A stretch of DNA of 64,000 nucleotides from Octopus sinensis (lineage: Eukaryota): NCBI RefSeq assembly GCF_006345805.1, contig NW_021835990.1, positions 1-64,000 of the forward strand, written 5' to 3'. The translations under genes and the position numbers were made by a program. Of the stretch, positions 23,216 to 35,760 are shown one piece after another. Below the pieces are notes generated by a model, which was not told the DNA's origin, ran no database searches, and worked only from the letters and a program-made list of their open reading frames with translations. Each line of letters begins with the position of its first letter. The first letter of the stretch is position 1.

Positions 23216-24812
23216 TAGGGCAATTTAAGTGCTAAAATGCTATTTTTACTTTTTATATTTTTTTTAATATAAAATTGAATTTGGAATAATTATTTTTTAA
23301 TTTTGTTAAAAATAAACATACTTTATAAATGCTATAAATGCTATTTGTAATTTTAAATGCTAATTTTTTTTTAAATGCTAATTTAAATTGCATTTAAAAT
23401 TTTTTTTAATGCCACCCATATTAACTAAAATAATTTAGCACGCTATATAGTATTTTGAGTGATGCCAAAACCCAAGTGTTCGTTGCTTAAGAAAGCCAAG
23501 CGTGTAGTCTCAGAATTCAAAGATGAGTTTTGTATTGCTGACCATGGCCTTCTATTTTGTTCTCTTTGTTTATCCAAAGTCAACTGTGCAAAAAAATTTT
23601 CTGTCGATTCTCATCGTTCTTCTTTAAAACATCAGAACAATATGCGTATAAATGTAATACAATTGTAGGTCATTCCTGTGATTCAGTTCAAACAACATTA
23701 ACTGAATCAATCAAAGTAGATTCGGTTAAAGAAACGATCACGGAAGCTTTTGTACAAGCAAACATCCCGCTATACAAATTAAAAAATGATTCGATCAAAA
23801 AAATGTTTAAAACATTTAACATTAACACTCCGTCCGAATTTTCATGCAGAACTACGGTTAAATTTCTTGCACAAAAAAAGATAAATGAGCTGACAAAATT
23901 ATTAACGTATTAAAGTTTATTTTTTAACTTTTAGAAACGAAAAGATTTTTATAATAATTGATGAAACAGATATCCGAAGGATGCAAACCACTAGAAAATC
24001 ATGCCAATGCTGCTATCATCTGCCAAATAATAGATGACGTCATTAGAGAAATGAAGATTATTCGTGACAATTTTTATCTGTTAATCTCAGATGCCGCTCC
24101 TTATATGATTTCTGGTGATATAAAAGTATCTAAATAAATAGGCGGTAAAACTTTAATGGTCATGTATAACAACATGCATCATGTGACTTGTGTTTCTCAT
24201 TTGTTACACAATACGGTTTTACGTATAAAGTCTGCATATCCGGAAATAGATGGCTTAATTGCAAGCATTAAAGCTGCCACAGTAAAAAAACCGAAGAAGT
24301 CGTAATTTGTTCAAGGATGTTGGATACCCACCTGATGTCGTAATTACTAGGTATTCTTTTTCTTAATTTATGCAGATGGGGAAGTTGGTTTAAAACAGCG
24401 AAATATTATTTCACGAATTTTGAAAAAATTTGTGAAATTGTTAACGCATTTCAGTCAGATGGAGTTTTAGTATCAAATGCTAAACATCATGTAAATAATC
24501 CCGATATTAAGTTGAAATTAACGGAGATAAAATTTAAATGTTATTTTTATTATTTTGGCGCCTGGATATCATATCGAACACAGAGAGAGGATGCGTAGTC
24601 TGATTGGGAATGTCGGGATCACCTAATTAATCTTGTTTTCTGGCCTGACGGTGCTCTTGGTTTTTAAATAAATAAATTTTTATTATTTTAAGTTATAGAT
24701 TTTACAATTTTAAATGCCAGATTTGATCATTTTAAGTGCTAATTTTTTAAATTATAAATGCTAGATTTAGCGCTAAAAATTTTTTTTTAAGTGCTAGAAA
24801 AAAATTGCCCTA
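23216..24812 (+). mobile_element. hAT transposon (CGGBP1/DUF659-like transposase), disrupted
   Basis: TIRs TAGGGCAATTT; perfect 8-bp TSD CTAATGTC at 23208-23215 and 24813-24820. BED-like finger (LFCSLC..HRSSLKH), EAFVQANIPLYKL, IIIDETD, LISDAAPYM, HVTCVSHLLHN, TR-WGSW. Confidence 0.93.
24557..24676 (+). mobile_element. 120-bp 5'-truncated LINE 3' end inserted in the hAT
   Basis: 13-bp TSD TTTTTATTATTTT at 24544-24556 and 24677-24689. Encodes HIEHRERMRSLIGNVGIT*; AAATAAATAAA tail. Confidence 0.8.
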
Positions 24813-25319
24813 CTAATGTCCTTGATTAATAGGATTTTTTCTAAGTAGACAAATACGTATCTCTGAGTTAATGTGGATTAAAAAGAGACAGGTTCACTCC
24901 ATACGCTGTATAGACACGCAATGGATATGTGACACGACGTAGAAATCCCAGAAACTGTTCAGATATAAGGAATTGATCTTTCCCAAATATTTGATAATAT
25001 AAATTGATCTACAAAAGAAAACTATTAAGTTTATTTCGGACCTTGTAAGACGAGGACTAGTTAAGGATGAGTGTTATACATGCAAACGCCAAAGTTTGGG
25101 CTAATTTACAGCAGTTTCACCAATGAAAAAGATATCAACGAAATAAGAAAAGTGTTTAATCACACCCCAGGATTATGAATAAAGAAAAAACGGAGATCAC
25201 AACTGTCAAAATAAAGAGTCAATTGACAGACAAAAAATGGATGACAAATATATTTGGATCATTATTTGGGAACTGGAAATATTTTTATTTTTTTTTAAAT
25301 ACTAATTTATATTAATAAA

Positions 25320-25600
25320 CGAAAAGAGTTAAAATGCGCAGCGAATCGACTGGCAATTCCCGCGCATGATGGCCAATGAGATCCTTTGAAAGAGTCTGAT
25401 CGACTCGTTGGGATCTTTCGTGGCAACCACGAGCTTAGATCCAAGGCGGCGGAGGAACGATAGCGTCTGCGGACCGATGACTCCAGAGGTTTCCACCGCG
25501 ACTGCAGTGAATAGGTGATTCATTGCCAGGACCCGGTACTTCTTCTGTTTTGTTAGTTCCGCCTGCTTTGCAACTGAGCCCGGTTCCGCAGCGGAGGCAA
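25320..25600 (-). mobile_element. CRE-clade retrotransposon 3' fragment
   Basis: AVAVETSGVIGPQTLSFLRRLG...LFQRISLAIMRGN, followed by an A-rich tail. Confidence 0.8.
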
Positions 25601-25989
25601 CTGGAAATATTGTCCAGCAAATAAAAATAAGTCACGATTATTAGCCTCAAAAAATGTGCATAATAAAATTTGGCTTTAGACTTGTGAAAATGAGATTATT
25701 GATTGTCATTCTTTAACCATAAGATTATAAATGTATTAATATTAACATACATAAAAATATTCGAAAAAATATTTTCCAATTAACTATACTTAATTCTGCT
25801 AACTGACTGACGCCATTTTAGTAATCATAGATTTTCCGATTTTTAATATGTCACATGCCTCTGCGATTACTATGCCCGACTCGTTACCTCTGAGAAATAA
25901 TTGATTAATGATTTTTCATTTGTTAGAAAAATTAAAAAATCAATCATAGAAACTCACCCGGAACGCAGAAAAACTCACCCGGGCCGAAC

Positions 25990-27033
25990 ACATTTTAAAA
26001 ATTTAGAGCAATGGTAACGCGTCAGGCATGGTAACGCATGGGGCATATGACATAATAAAATCATCTCCACTCAACAAACACGGCCCCAATGGTCGATAAA
26101 ACTGTGCAAATGTCGGAAAATAATTCACAAATCCTTCTTTAACTGCCGGCCTTACACTTTTACTAACAAATGGCGAATTCAAAACACCACAATTATCAGT
26201 CTTCTCATCACTACTACGACTCATCTCCCCATTCTCTGTCTTATCCCCAACCTTTTCCATTTTAACACCAATTTTGTCTTCATTATTGCTCTTATACGTC
26301 TCTACACTCCTTCGAAGAAACTTATTTGGGACACAACCAGTCAATAAGAACTGCCGATTGCACAACACACACGTCTTGTTTATAAATAACACACAGCTAT
26401 TTAACAGTCATAGACTAACAGGACTTGCAGACTGACTTGGAACAGCAGACCAGGATCACTGCCTCTTCATTCAGTCCTTTGCATACACCACACAACAAAT
26501 CCTCAGGAATTCCCACGTTTTTAGTCGAATTAGTCATCTTTATGTCTAAGAATGTACACATACATAGGTCGGATATTCGTTTCTTAGGTTTACAGGGGTC
26601 GGTTGTGTACGTGGAGGGTTGGGAGTGGTAGAACTGAGTTTTGGTAATGTCTATTAATAGCTTTATCGAAGACATCAAACCCTTACTAAAGTCTTGGTCC
26701 TAAAAAATAATAATTTTATATAATAAATATAATTTTTTAAATAAAAAAATTAATTAAAAATAAATAATAAAATATTTAAACAAACTGTTATGACGAGTTT
26801 TGAATTCTTGGGGATCAGTGTGTTGTTTTCGTCATAGACTATGCAGTAGGATAAGGAAATAACCTCGTCCAGAATGTTCGTCCTTAATGTGAAGATCGAA
26901 ACTGCTTGGTCGGTTTTGTGTGGTGTTTTTCTCCATAATTTTATCTTTAAATTCAGTTATGGAGATTGTGTCGCCAGTGAATAGAATTGTTTGATATTCT
27001 GACACTTTTTAATCTGTAATGAACGGCAGACAT
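25990..27033 (-). CDS. RBBP6: RBBP6/Mpe1-like E3 ligase (DWNN plus RING)
   Basis: MSAVHYRLK...TGDTISITEFKDKIM...LIPKNSKLVI (DWNN); IPEDLLCGVCKGLNEEAVILVCCSKSVCKSC...C..C...VPNKFLRRSV (RING). One frameshift in an A-run near 27010. Confidence 0.85.
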
Positions 27034-28751
27034 TTCCTAATAAATTAGGATATTATTTTAAAATTAATTTATTAAAATAGTGAAAATATTGTTAATTATA
27101 ATCATTATAAAAAAGTACCAAAGCCAACAACTACAACAAGATAGCCCACAATAAATAATTTATTAGTAATTATTTATAAATAATTCAGAAAAATGATTAA
27201 TTATTTTAATTGAAATATACATATAAAAAGTATAAATAACAATCAAATTATTATGTGTTATAATGCCACAAAAGCACTTGAAAATTTGACGTGATTAAAA
27301 ATGGGCTGATTATAGATTTGCCGACAGTCTACTGTGATCAATTCAATTACTTGAAGGATACATGCAAGTTTAATAACCATAATTTAAAATTAGAATGCCT
27401 ACTTCATTTTATGAAAATGAAATTGGGTTATTTTTCTTACTAAAAAGTTCTCTCTTCTTAAATTCTTGTTCTAATAATCACTGTGGATTTTGTTAATTTT
27501 GTTTTATAGCATTTAATCAAAGTTGTGTCTTTTTTAACATTAATTTACAAATAATTATTTACCCTAATTAACTGTTGGTGATTCTTGGGTCAAATACAAG
27601 AATGGCACTTCTAGAGGGGAGAGTTAGACACCTCTTTAGAAAAGCTAAAAAAAATTAACTTTCCGTTCGCAAAGACTCTGTGATATGAAGAAAGATTTAG
27701 AAATGACAGATTTTAATAAAAAAGTAAACAAAAGAAGCTATTTGTGTCGTTTGCAAATATTTTAGTTCTCTATAGAGAAAACAAAAATAATTTTCTAACC
27801 AATAATATCAAGAAAAGAACAGCATATAAGTCATAATAAATATTCTCTATCATATACGGTCTCCTCTATAAAGAATTAAAGTCCCCAAAAATTAACCACG
27901 TCTTCAAATACACTACTCATTCAAAAAATAACTAAAATAAGGACAGAAAAATGCGGGCACGTTTTTGTTTTTATGCTTACAGGCACTATCCCACCAAGAC
28001 TGTGTCCAAAGTAGTATTTTTCTCTAACACTAGGTCTAAGTTTCTAAAAGTCATGTCTGTTTTGACTCAGAACATAAACAAGACAGGATGGTGTTAGCCG
28101 AGTAGGTCGACCATCTCGACCAACTACTTCATGTTGGTTATGTGACTTCACTCTCAAAACTACCACACCTTTAAATAATTAAAGGATTTTCTAAAATAGT
28201 AAAAAGGCTGTTATTGAAAGATATTAAAATAACCAGTAAATGTAGTTAGAAGTGGCTTTCTAGTCCAAGCCTATAATTAATAGCATTGAACACCTTTTAG
28301 AGTTGGTAATAGCACACTTGAGAATGTTATTTTAATTTAGTTTCATATTCAAAAGGAGTTAGTAGGGCAACCAAAAAGATGCTCTAAAAAATCAAAAATT
28401 GACCTCAATAAAGTCAACAAAATTGGTCCAAAAAGAGGAAAGTTAACCAAAATGTAGACCTAAAAAGAATTTTTTCAGATAAATTTTACGCAGAATAATT
28501 TTTTCTAGAAATATGAATTATATAAAATTGACGTTTTAAATTTTAAAATTTGGAATTTGGCTCAAAATTTGTCTAATATACATAATAAGGTAACTTCAGA
28601 TGTGTGAAGCTTTGTATTTCAGAAAGAGACCAAGAGATAATACTGTCGACTTTTCTTAATAAATAAAATATATGTTTCATTATAAGATTTATTATTTAAT
28701 ATCTGTTAAACCTAATTTTAAATGGACTTATTAATTTTATCATAAAACAAC

Positions 28752-29930
28752 ATGTCAGTGTCTCAGTCTATTTTGTCTTTGTTACGTAAACAATTTACAC
28801 TCACATCTCCACCCATAAATGGATATATCATCCCAACCTCAGACGAACATCAAAGCGAATATACACCAGCCAATACAAAACGCCGTCAATTCATCTCCAA
28901 ATTTACAGGCTCGGCAGGAACTGCAGTCGTAACTACTGAAAAGGCCGCATTATGGACAGACGGACGATATTGGAACCAGGCCTCAACAGAACTTGATCTT
29001 GATTCCTGGATTCTAATGAAACAGGGTATCTCTCCACTTCTACATTCCAACAGGACTGCAAGATACTCCCTCTATGGGGGATTGGCTCAGTCAAGTAACT
29101 TTTTTTAACTCATTTATAGGAACTTGGTCCTGGGTCGTCTGTCGGGTGTGACCCTTCTCTCATGGATTTCAGTTTTTGTTTGTTTTTTTATTGATAGACG
29201 AATGGGAATCACTTTCAAAGAAACTTGACCAGAAGAAGATGAGTCTTGTCCCTGTTGAAGACAATTTGGTGGACAGAATATGGACCGACAGACCCCCAAC
29301 TCCTAAATCTCGCATTTTTCCACTCGAAATAAAATATTCTGGACAATCTTGGGAAGAGAAGGTCAGAAAAGTTCGTGAAAGTATGAGAGATGAAGGTGCC
29401 TCTGTATATTTGGTGACTCAACTGGACGAAATTGCCTGTTAGTTATTATTTCTGATTGAAGGGTTGCTTAATCTGAGGGGAGCCGACGGGAATATAACCC
29501 GGTGTTTTTATCTTATGTAATCCTCACACAAAATGATGTCTTTCTCTTCCTTAACGACATTTCTCGTCTTGATTCAAATGTCCTGACTCATCTTGGGCTG
29601 TCTCCTGCCAACGGGAGGTCATCTTTGTCAGAGAAAGTTACTTTGGGGGAGTATAAGGACACATTTCAATGTCTCCGATCTCTGACTTGTAACCAAGAAA
29701 TGTGTTGGGTTTGTCTTTTTTTATTATAAGACAGATTCCTAAGAGCAGTAGTTACTTCGCTGCTAAACAAATTGATTCCCCAATCCTCCAGACTGATTGG
29801 TCTCCAATAAGTAGATTGAAGGCAGTGAAGAACCCAACTGAATCGGCTGGAATGGAATTGGCTCATCTGAAGGATGCCGTGGCACTTACTGAGTTCTTCT
29901 ATTGGCTAGAAACGACGGTATGTGCAGGAA
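28752..29930 (+). CDS. XPNPEP1: Xaa-Pro aminopeptidase 1, N-terminal part; M24 catalytic domain absent here
   Basis: YIIPTSDEHQSEY, FTGSAGTAVVT..AALWTDGRY, NLVDRIW..RP, LDEIAWLLNLRG, LKAVKNPTE...DAVALTEFFYWLE. Short introns. Confidence 0.92.
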
Positions 29931-30039
29931 ACAAGGACAGTATTGTTGTTCACGCGGAACTAGGAAGGGTGACCTCAGCAACAATCATGTATGCCCAAAG
30001 ACTATTAGATTTAGGTTTATTTATAAAAATCACGTTTTA

Positions 30040-31383
30040 AAGACTACATACAATTTCAGTCAAAATTTAAAGAAAATACAACATTTGGAGACCTCTCCGA
30101 TTCTCTGTTTTTATGTCTTCAGAGTTTTGGTGAGCTGACTGTTAAAACGTCCTCAAAACGAGTTTTTATTTTCACAAATCAAGACCAAATCATAACTAAA
30201 GATTCCCAAGGACTAGAAATAGCTGAGACCAGAGCAAAAGATCTCTATAATTCTGACGTAAAACTAATTTTAGTCCCATTTGGCCACATGTTCGATCCCT
30301 TTTTGTGTTATAAAGTAATCGTTATTACCATAAAATTAGAGGATAATACCTAATCTGGATTTGGACACATTAACGGAGGATACTAAGTGTTATATTCAGG
30401 AACTTTCAGCCAGGTGATCTTGATATCTCCTGATTTTTAGAGTTTTTTGGCGGGATCGTAAGAAAAGTGTACTTGCTCGTTTAAATTTGAGTTTTTCGAA
30501 TTTAAATATTCCAATTTCGATGTAAAATGGGGTTTATTTATATAAATAGACATAAACTTGTACAAAGAAGTGCAAAACCGTCTGTTCATCGTCTTGATAG
30601 GTCATCAGGTAGGCCAGTTTGTAGATCTGCGACTTACTTTGATGTTTTTTGGGGTTTTGAAGTTTAGTGTGAGTCCAATCAAGTCCAATCTGATTGCAAC
30701 GTAGTTCGTCAGCTGAGTTTTGTTTCTGGTGATTGTTGTTCATTTTCTGTTTCCGAGTTAAAAAAAGCAGAAAATGGCGGTGATTTTTGTTTTAAATGAT
30801 TGAAAGGACTGAGGGTTGTGAGGTTTATTGATCAGGACTTTTTGAAGCCATTTCATCATGTAGGGCCTCCATATTTCGTTTATCCTCAATTCTCCGGACT
30901 TGCTAAAGATTCTTTGGATTTTTTTGTTTGTTGTTGAAAAGGACTTTTGAATTAAAGAAGCTTATACTCTGTTGGTATGTTCCGAATCAAAGTGTGATGT
31001 AACAGAAGATATGCTGGATACTGCTAAGGATTTGATTAGTCATTTAATGTTTACATACCAACCAGAAACATTCGAGAATCCGTCGGTGAGAAGGTTTTAT
31101 AGCACTTTGGAGGCAATGGCCTTGGATATGAATGACGTGGAGGAGTTTGAGGACCATACTTGTAGTGATTTTAGATTATATATTAGTGCCTAATAATAAT
31201 GACATTGAGCGGCGGGCAGAAGTTAGTATTAGCCGTTTTTTACAATTTTGCGGTCAGGATGACATTACGACTAAATTTGAATCTCCTTTAAAATTTAAAG
31301 AAAATGAGGAGTTTTCTGGGATTTTGAGTTTGGAAGAAATGAAGCACGTTGTTTCTCCGGATGTATTGGGTCACTTTCTGTGA
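30040..31383 (+). pseudogene. XRCC6: Ku70, lacking its N-terminus and with an internal deletion
   Basis: LSDSLFLC...KRVFIFTNQD...AETRAKDL (vWA); KPFHHVGPPYFVYP; FTYQPETFENPSVRRFYSTLEAMALD. Frameshifts present. Confidence 0.8.
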
Positions 31384-31789
31384 CAGCTCTAAAATCATTT
31401 TTGTGTGTCAATAATGTTTTTAATTCGCCTAAGAGGATTCTTAAAAATGATTTAATTCGTCGTGTATCTGACTATTGTGTTAAAAAATAATTTTTATATA
31501 CATTTTTGACTTTTTTATTTAATTGAGATTTGTTCTGATAATTTCTAAATCCCTAGGATAATAGATTTTCAAGTCTATATAAAAGGACGCAGGTTTTTTA
31601 AATTACATATCAAAAGCGTAACATAATCAGTATATATATCGACCGTGAAAGTACTACAGGGAAAGTTTACTCAACATACTAGGACAGGGACACCTGATTC
31701 TAACAGTTTCGTATTAGACTGAATTAGACTGAATATTGAAATTATTTTTGGAATTATTATTATTAAAACCAAGATCATCGTCCAAAACA

Positions 31790-32745
31790 TAGAACTAATT
31801 AATCAGGTGACCCTGGCTTCTCTGAGAAGGGTCCTCATCTTTGCCCGGTGCTGCTCCCTAGTTTCGACATAATTTCTATGAGGGTGCGGTGGTGGAGTTT
31901 TAGGGCCTGTAGGCCCATGGTTCCTTTTAAGATTTCTATAAACGACTCGATAGATAGATGTTCATTCGATCCTTGTAGTGCTTGAGTTTTTTTTATTTTT
32001 TACGGTTCGTTTCATTGAAAAACCTTCCTCAAGCCCCACAATCATAACTAATGGAGGGTTCGATGCATTGCCGGTAGATTGATTGGCGTGTGGGGAAGCT
32101 GATCCATTGTTTGTATTTTCGGAGGAACACTTTTAAGATGTTCAGTTTCTTCATGCAGCTAGTTGTAACATTTTCAACTTGTTGGGAGAAACACATATGA
32201 CTATCGTAAGTCACGCCGAGTATTTTCTGGGATTTTTTAAAAAGGATTTCCATGTTGTTTAGATATACATATTGCAAATCATTATGTTTCTAACTGAAGT
32301 GTGGATAGTAATTGCAGAAGACTCCAAACTCGTATTTTTGTTTCCTTTAGAGCTGAGGGAAGGGGAGCCCTCCTGGTAAGTAATTCTCTTCTTAATAAGT
32401 GTCATGAGACCCCTCCACGGCCCGAGGGGAAACGTGGTGACCTCGAAGATGGATTAAGTTGGTTTCCTAGAGTACACATACGTCAATATCATGCTTGATC
32501 AAAAAAGAGTTTAATTCTGTTGATTTACCAGTAACTCCGTTGATATTTGGTTGAAGAATTGATATGTGTACCTTTGGACCGGGATTAGGCTCCACATCCC
32601 CAGAGATAGCGAAAAGAGCAAAACGGGAAAATGAGGTCGACAGAGAAGGGCGCCCCGGACTGACGATAGTCACGGGAGGATGAGCGAATGATTCTTTTTT
32701 CATTAATCCAATAACTGGATTTTTGCACGACCACAAAAGGCGCAT
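31790..32745 (-). mobile_element. Internally deleted Ingi-like LINE with 2A-like peptide
   Basis: ALFAISGDVEPNPGP then ILQPNING..TELNSFL..DVCVL (APE start); RT end KILGVTYDSHMCFSQQV; C-terminus HRAKMRTLLREARVT*. Confidence 0.8.
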
Positions 32746-32823
32746 TAATATGGAATGGAGTATAAATAGGTCAATTTATCGTCATTTTATTATTTAAAAA
32801 TGTCTAGACTTCGCTAAAAATTG

Positions 32824-33942
32824 ATGCCTGCCAAGTTATTGTCAATTCAAAGCCATGTGGTCTCTGGTGTCGTTGGAAATAAAGCTGCAACATTACCGAT
32901 CAAAGTGATTCAAATTGTTATTTTTAAAACGAGCAGATGATGGGAATCACGGTTGATGAAATACATACAGTTCAATTTAGTAACACTTTCTGTATATTTT
33001 CTATATTTTTACATTCATAGTCAGTGGTAAAGTATCTGGGATCACACTTTCAGGCCATGAACTCAAAGATATCTATGAAGCACTTACAGTTAACAAATTA
33101 AGTGACTATTCACACCTTCTGACAGGTTATATACTTAATAGAACACTCAGGGTTTATTTACAGTAATGATGTCTTGATGCAAGTTAAAGAAATTGTGACA
33201 GATTTAAAAAAAGAATCATTTTTTCAAAAATTTTGTATTTTTATTTTATATTTTAAGATTGTGATCCTGTCTTGGGCGACAATGGGCAATTTGTTTGATA
33301 TGTTTATTAATACATTTAGTATGTCCCCGAAGAATTGCTAGAAACATATATAAAACATATATTGCCTCTTGCTGATGTAATAACGCCTAATCATTTTGAG
33401 GCCGAGTAACAAAATTGATTTAAAAAATTATAGAAAATTGTCAAGAATTCAAATAACTGAAGAAATTGACACAATTAAACAAGTTTTGTTTAATTTGCAC
33501 CAAATTGGACCTAATATAGTTATTATAAGCAGTATTCCATACAAATCTTCTTTAATGACTGTCGCATCTGAACGCCAAAAAGGTAAATAACAAATTTCAC
33601 TGCAGATGGCACCTTCAAAGCGTTTAAAATGACATACAGGCGCTCAAAATTCAACTTTAAAGGAACCGGTGATTTGCTTTCTGCTTTAATTGCTGCATTA
33701 TTTATTAAAAATAATTCAACTTTGGAAGTTTTGTTATTTTATTTATTTTAATAGAATACAGTAGCTTCAGCAGTATCTATTATTCAAGATATTATTACTG
33801 ATACTACTAAATCTATGATGGGTCGTTTTTTAATTATTTTTTAGAAACAAATTCTCAAATCGAACCTAATTTTATTCGCTTAGAAAACTATATTGATAAA
33901 ATTTTGAATCCTACATATAAATTGAAAATCGAACCACTTTAA
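32824..33942 (+). CDS. PDXK: Pyridoxal kinase
   Basis: LLSIQSHVVSGVVGNKAA, TVQFSN, YSHLLTGY, CDPVLGDNG, YVPEELL, ADVITPNHFEA, FKGTGDL; multiple short introns; stop after KIEPL. Confidence 0.92.
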
Positions 33943-34061
33943 TAATATTTATTAATCTCATACTAATATATTATATTTAACACTAAGTATTTTTGACTTT
34001 TTTTTAATTTGTCTGAAAATATTCTTGATAAAAGATGCTAGAAGTTCAATTATAACTGATG

Positions 34062-34800
34062 TGGTAACCGGACCTCGGATACAATCAATCTAAGGAGGGG
34101 AGTGCCTCAAGGGTCGGTCCTGAGCCCTCTACTTTTCAACCTATACGTTGCCGACATCCCGAAACCAGAAAATCCGGAGAGTCTACTAATTATCTATGCG
34201 GACGACATATTGGTTACGGATCTGTCGCGATCCAAGGACCTCTCTTGGAAAAGGCTGAGGGAATATGTAGCGAGAGTTAAGTCTTGGGCAACGGAGAAAG
34301 CCCTCTCTTTAGCACGAGACAAGTCCACCATCACGTGGATTTCTAAAACTCGGAAAGGAAGAGAACCACTTATGGAAACAATGGGACTAAGAATTTCTGA
34401 CGACCTACGCTACCTTGGGGCAACGATCGGGGCTGACGGATCGTTCCTTAAGTTCGTGGAATCTAGAAGAAGGAAATGTTCCTGAGAAGCCTTATACGCT
34501 TCCATCTCTCCCCAGACACCTTTATTATCATCTATAAGGCGACTGTAGAACCAGTCCTTATCTATGGACATGAAGGTTGGTACCCTACAGACGAGAGAAA
34601 TCGCATAATCACCAAACTGGAGAAAACAAGGCGCTTTGCGATTAAACTGGCGTATAAGCTACGGCTTGATCAGGATCTCCCCAGAGAGCTAGACGAACAA
34701 ACTCAAAACATTCGGCAAGTCCTCTGCTCATTGCAAAGGGCATGAGAAGTGAAAAGGAAAGCAAGGAGGAGGCATTCGGTGTCTCGATTTTAAATAAAAC
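34062..34800 (+). mobile_element. 5'-truncated Jockey/I-like LINE (RT end)
   Basis: GVPQGSVLSPLLFNLYV, IYADDI, RYLGATI, IYKATVEPVLIYG; related to ORF2 at 52996-55308. Confidence 0.88.
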
Positions 34801-35639
34801 CTTTTCTAATAACTCTTCTCTTTTGGTTGCTAAGTTAATAAAATCTGTTCGTTCGTTCGTTCAATTATAACATTAATGTTAGCCCTCTCATGACTTTTTG
34901 ACTGAACTAGTTTACGAAGTTCACTTAAAGCTTTGTGGCATTGGATACTTACTAGATTTTTTTCTCTATAGAATGCACAAGACTTTAACTTGTCACAGAA
35001 TATATCCTTTACTTTAATTTCCACTTTTTTGTAAATCTTATTTTTTTAAATGACAATTATGAAATCAGATTGAATAAAAAATCAAAAATAAATATCAAGT
35101 CAGTCCTCCTCCTACAAATATGAAATCTTAAGATACCATTTCCTTATGTTTGAGGTTACACTGAAGGACAAGGCCGCTCCTTCACCACATTAATGGTACT
35201 GTCTTAATCAGTACTGTCCAGCATGATGAACTGAAACATCCCGTAGTCATCTACTACAGAAAATTCGTCAATTAAGTTTTTGTTAGTCAAATAAAGAGTG
35301 ATGGAATAAAACAGGATGATTCAATTAAAATGGGTTGAGCAGAAAGAAATCCACAATGTATAAATTTAAATGGGTACTAAATTCATGTTTTTGTGTCGTA
35401 GAATTAGTAATCGGGAAGTAGAATCAGCAAGTCTCAGAATCAGTAATCGGGCAAAGTATCAATAAGTTTGCATTGTTTTTTAAAGGAAGCTCCGGTTGAG
35501 GGCAGATGAATCTGATTCCGATAGATTCCTTAGTCGTAGTTTGTAGGGCCATAAATACCTGTATTTTTAATGTTAAAATTAAAAAAAACACTTTGACAGC
35601 AAAAAGAAACTATAAGAAAAGGCTAACTAATCAACTAGT

Positions 35640-35760
35640 TTGCCAGGCGAAAGGCTGACGCGATCGAGAAAAAAATTAGAGCGTACTATCGTTGGGGATA
35701 TCCGCTCAAAAAACCATCTCAATTTGCGGGCGTCGCCTGTGAATGTAGACATCCAAAAAA
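35640..35760 (-). mobile_element. Short CRE 3' fragment
   Basis: The reverse complement matches 15830-15925 (CACAGGCGACGCCCGC...GAGCGGATATCCC...ATAGTACGCTCTAA...CTCGATCGCGTC). Confidence 0.75.

Larger units (their letters stand above)
23020..25150 (+). mobile_element. Degraded RTE-like RT remnant split by the hAT at 23216
   Basis: QKPEKPTGPAKNVRSIIL..RKLMS, resuming after the TSD with LINRIF...GIDLSQIFDNI. Confidence 0.55.

Noticed and set aside
27800-28080. Possible CR1/L2 RT remnant on the minus strand
   Set aside because: Only faint motif similarity with multiple stops.
28085-28150. Possible tRNA/SINE head or structured ncRNA (TAGCCGAGTAGG, two short hairpins)
   Set aside because: No B box or cloverleaf, and no second copy in the window.
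34830-35500. Possible multi-exon gene on the minus strand
   Set aside because: Could not build a consistent spliced frame or recognise a domain.
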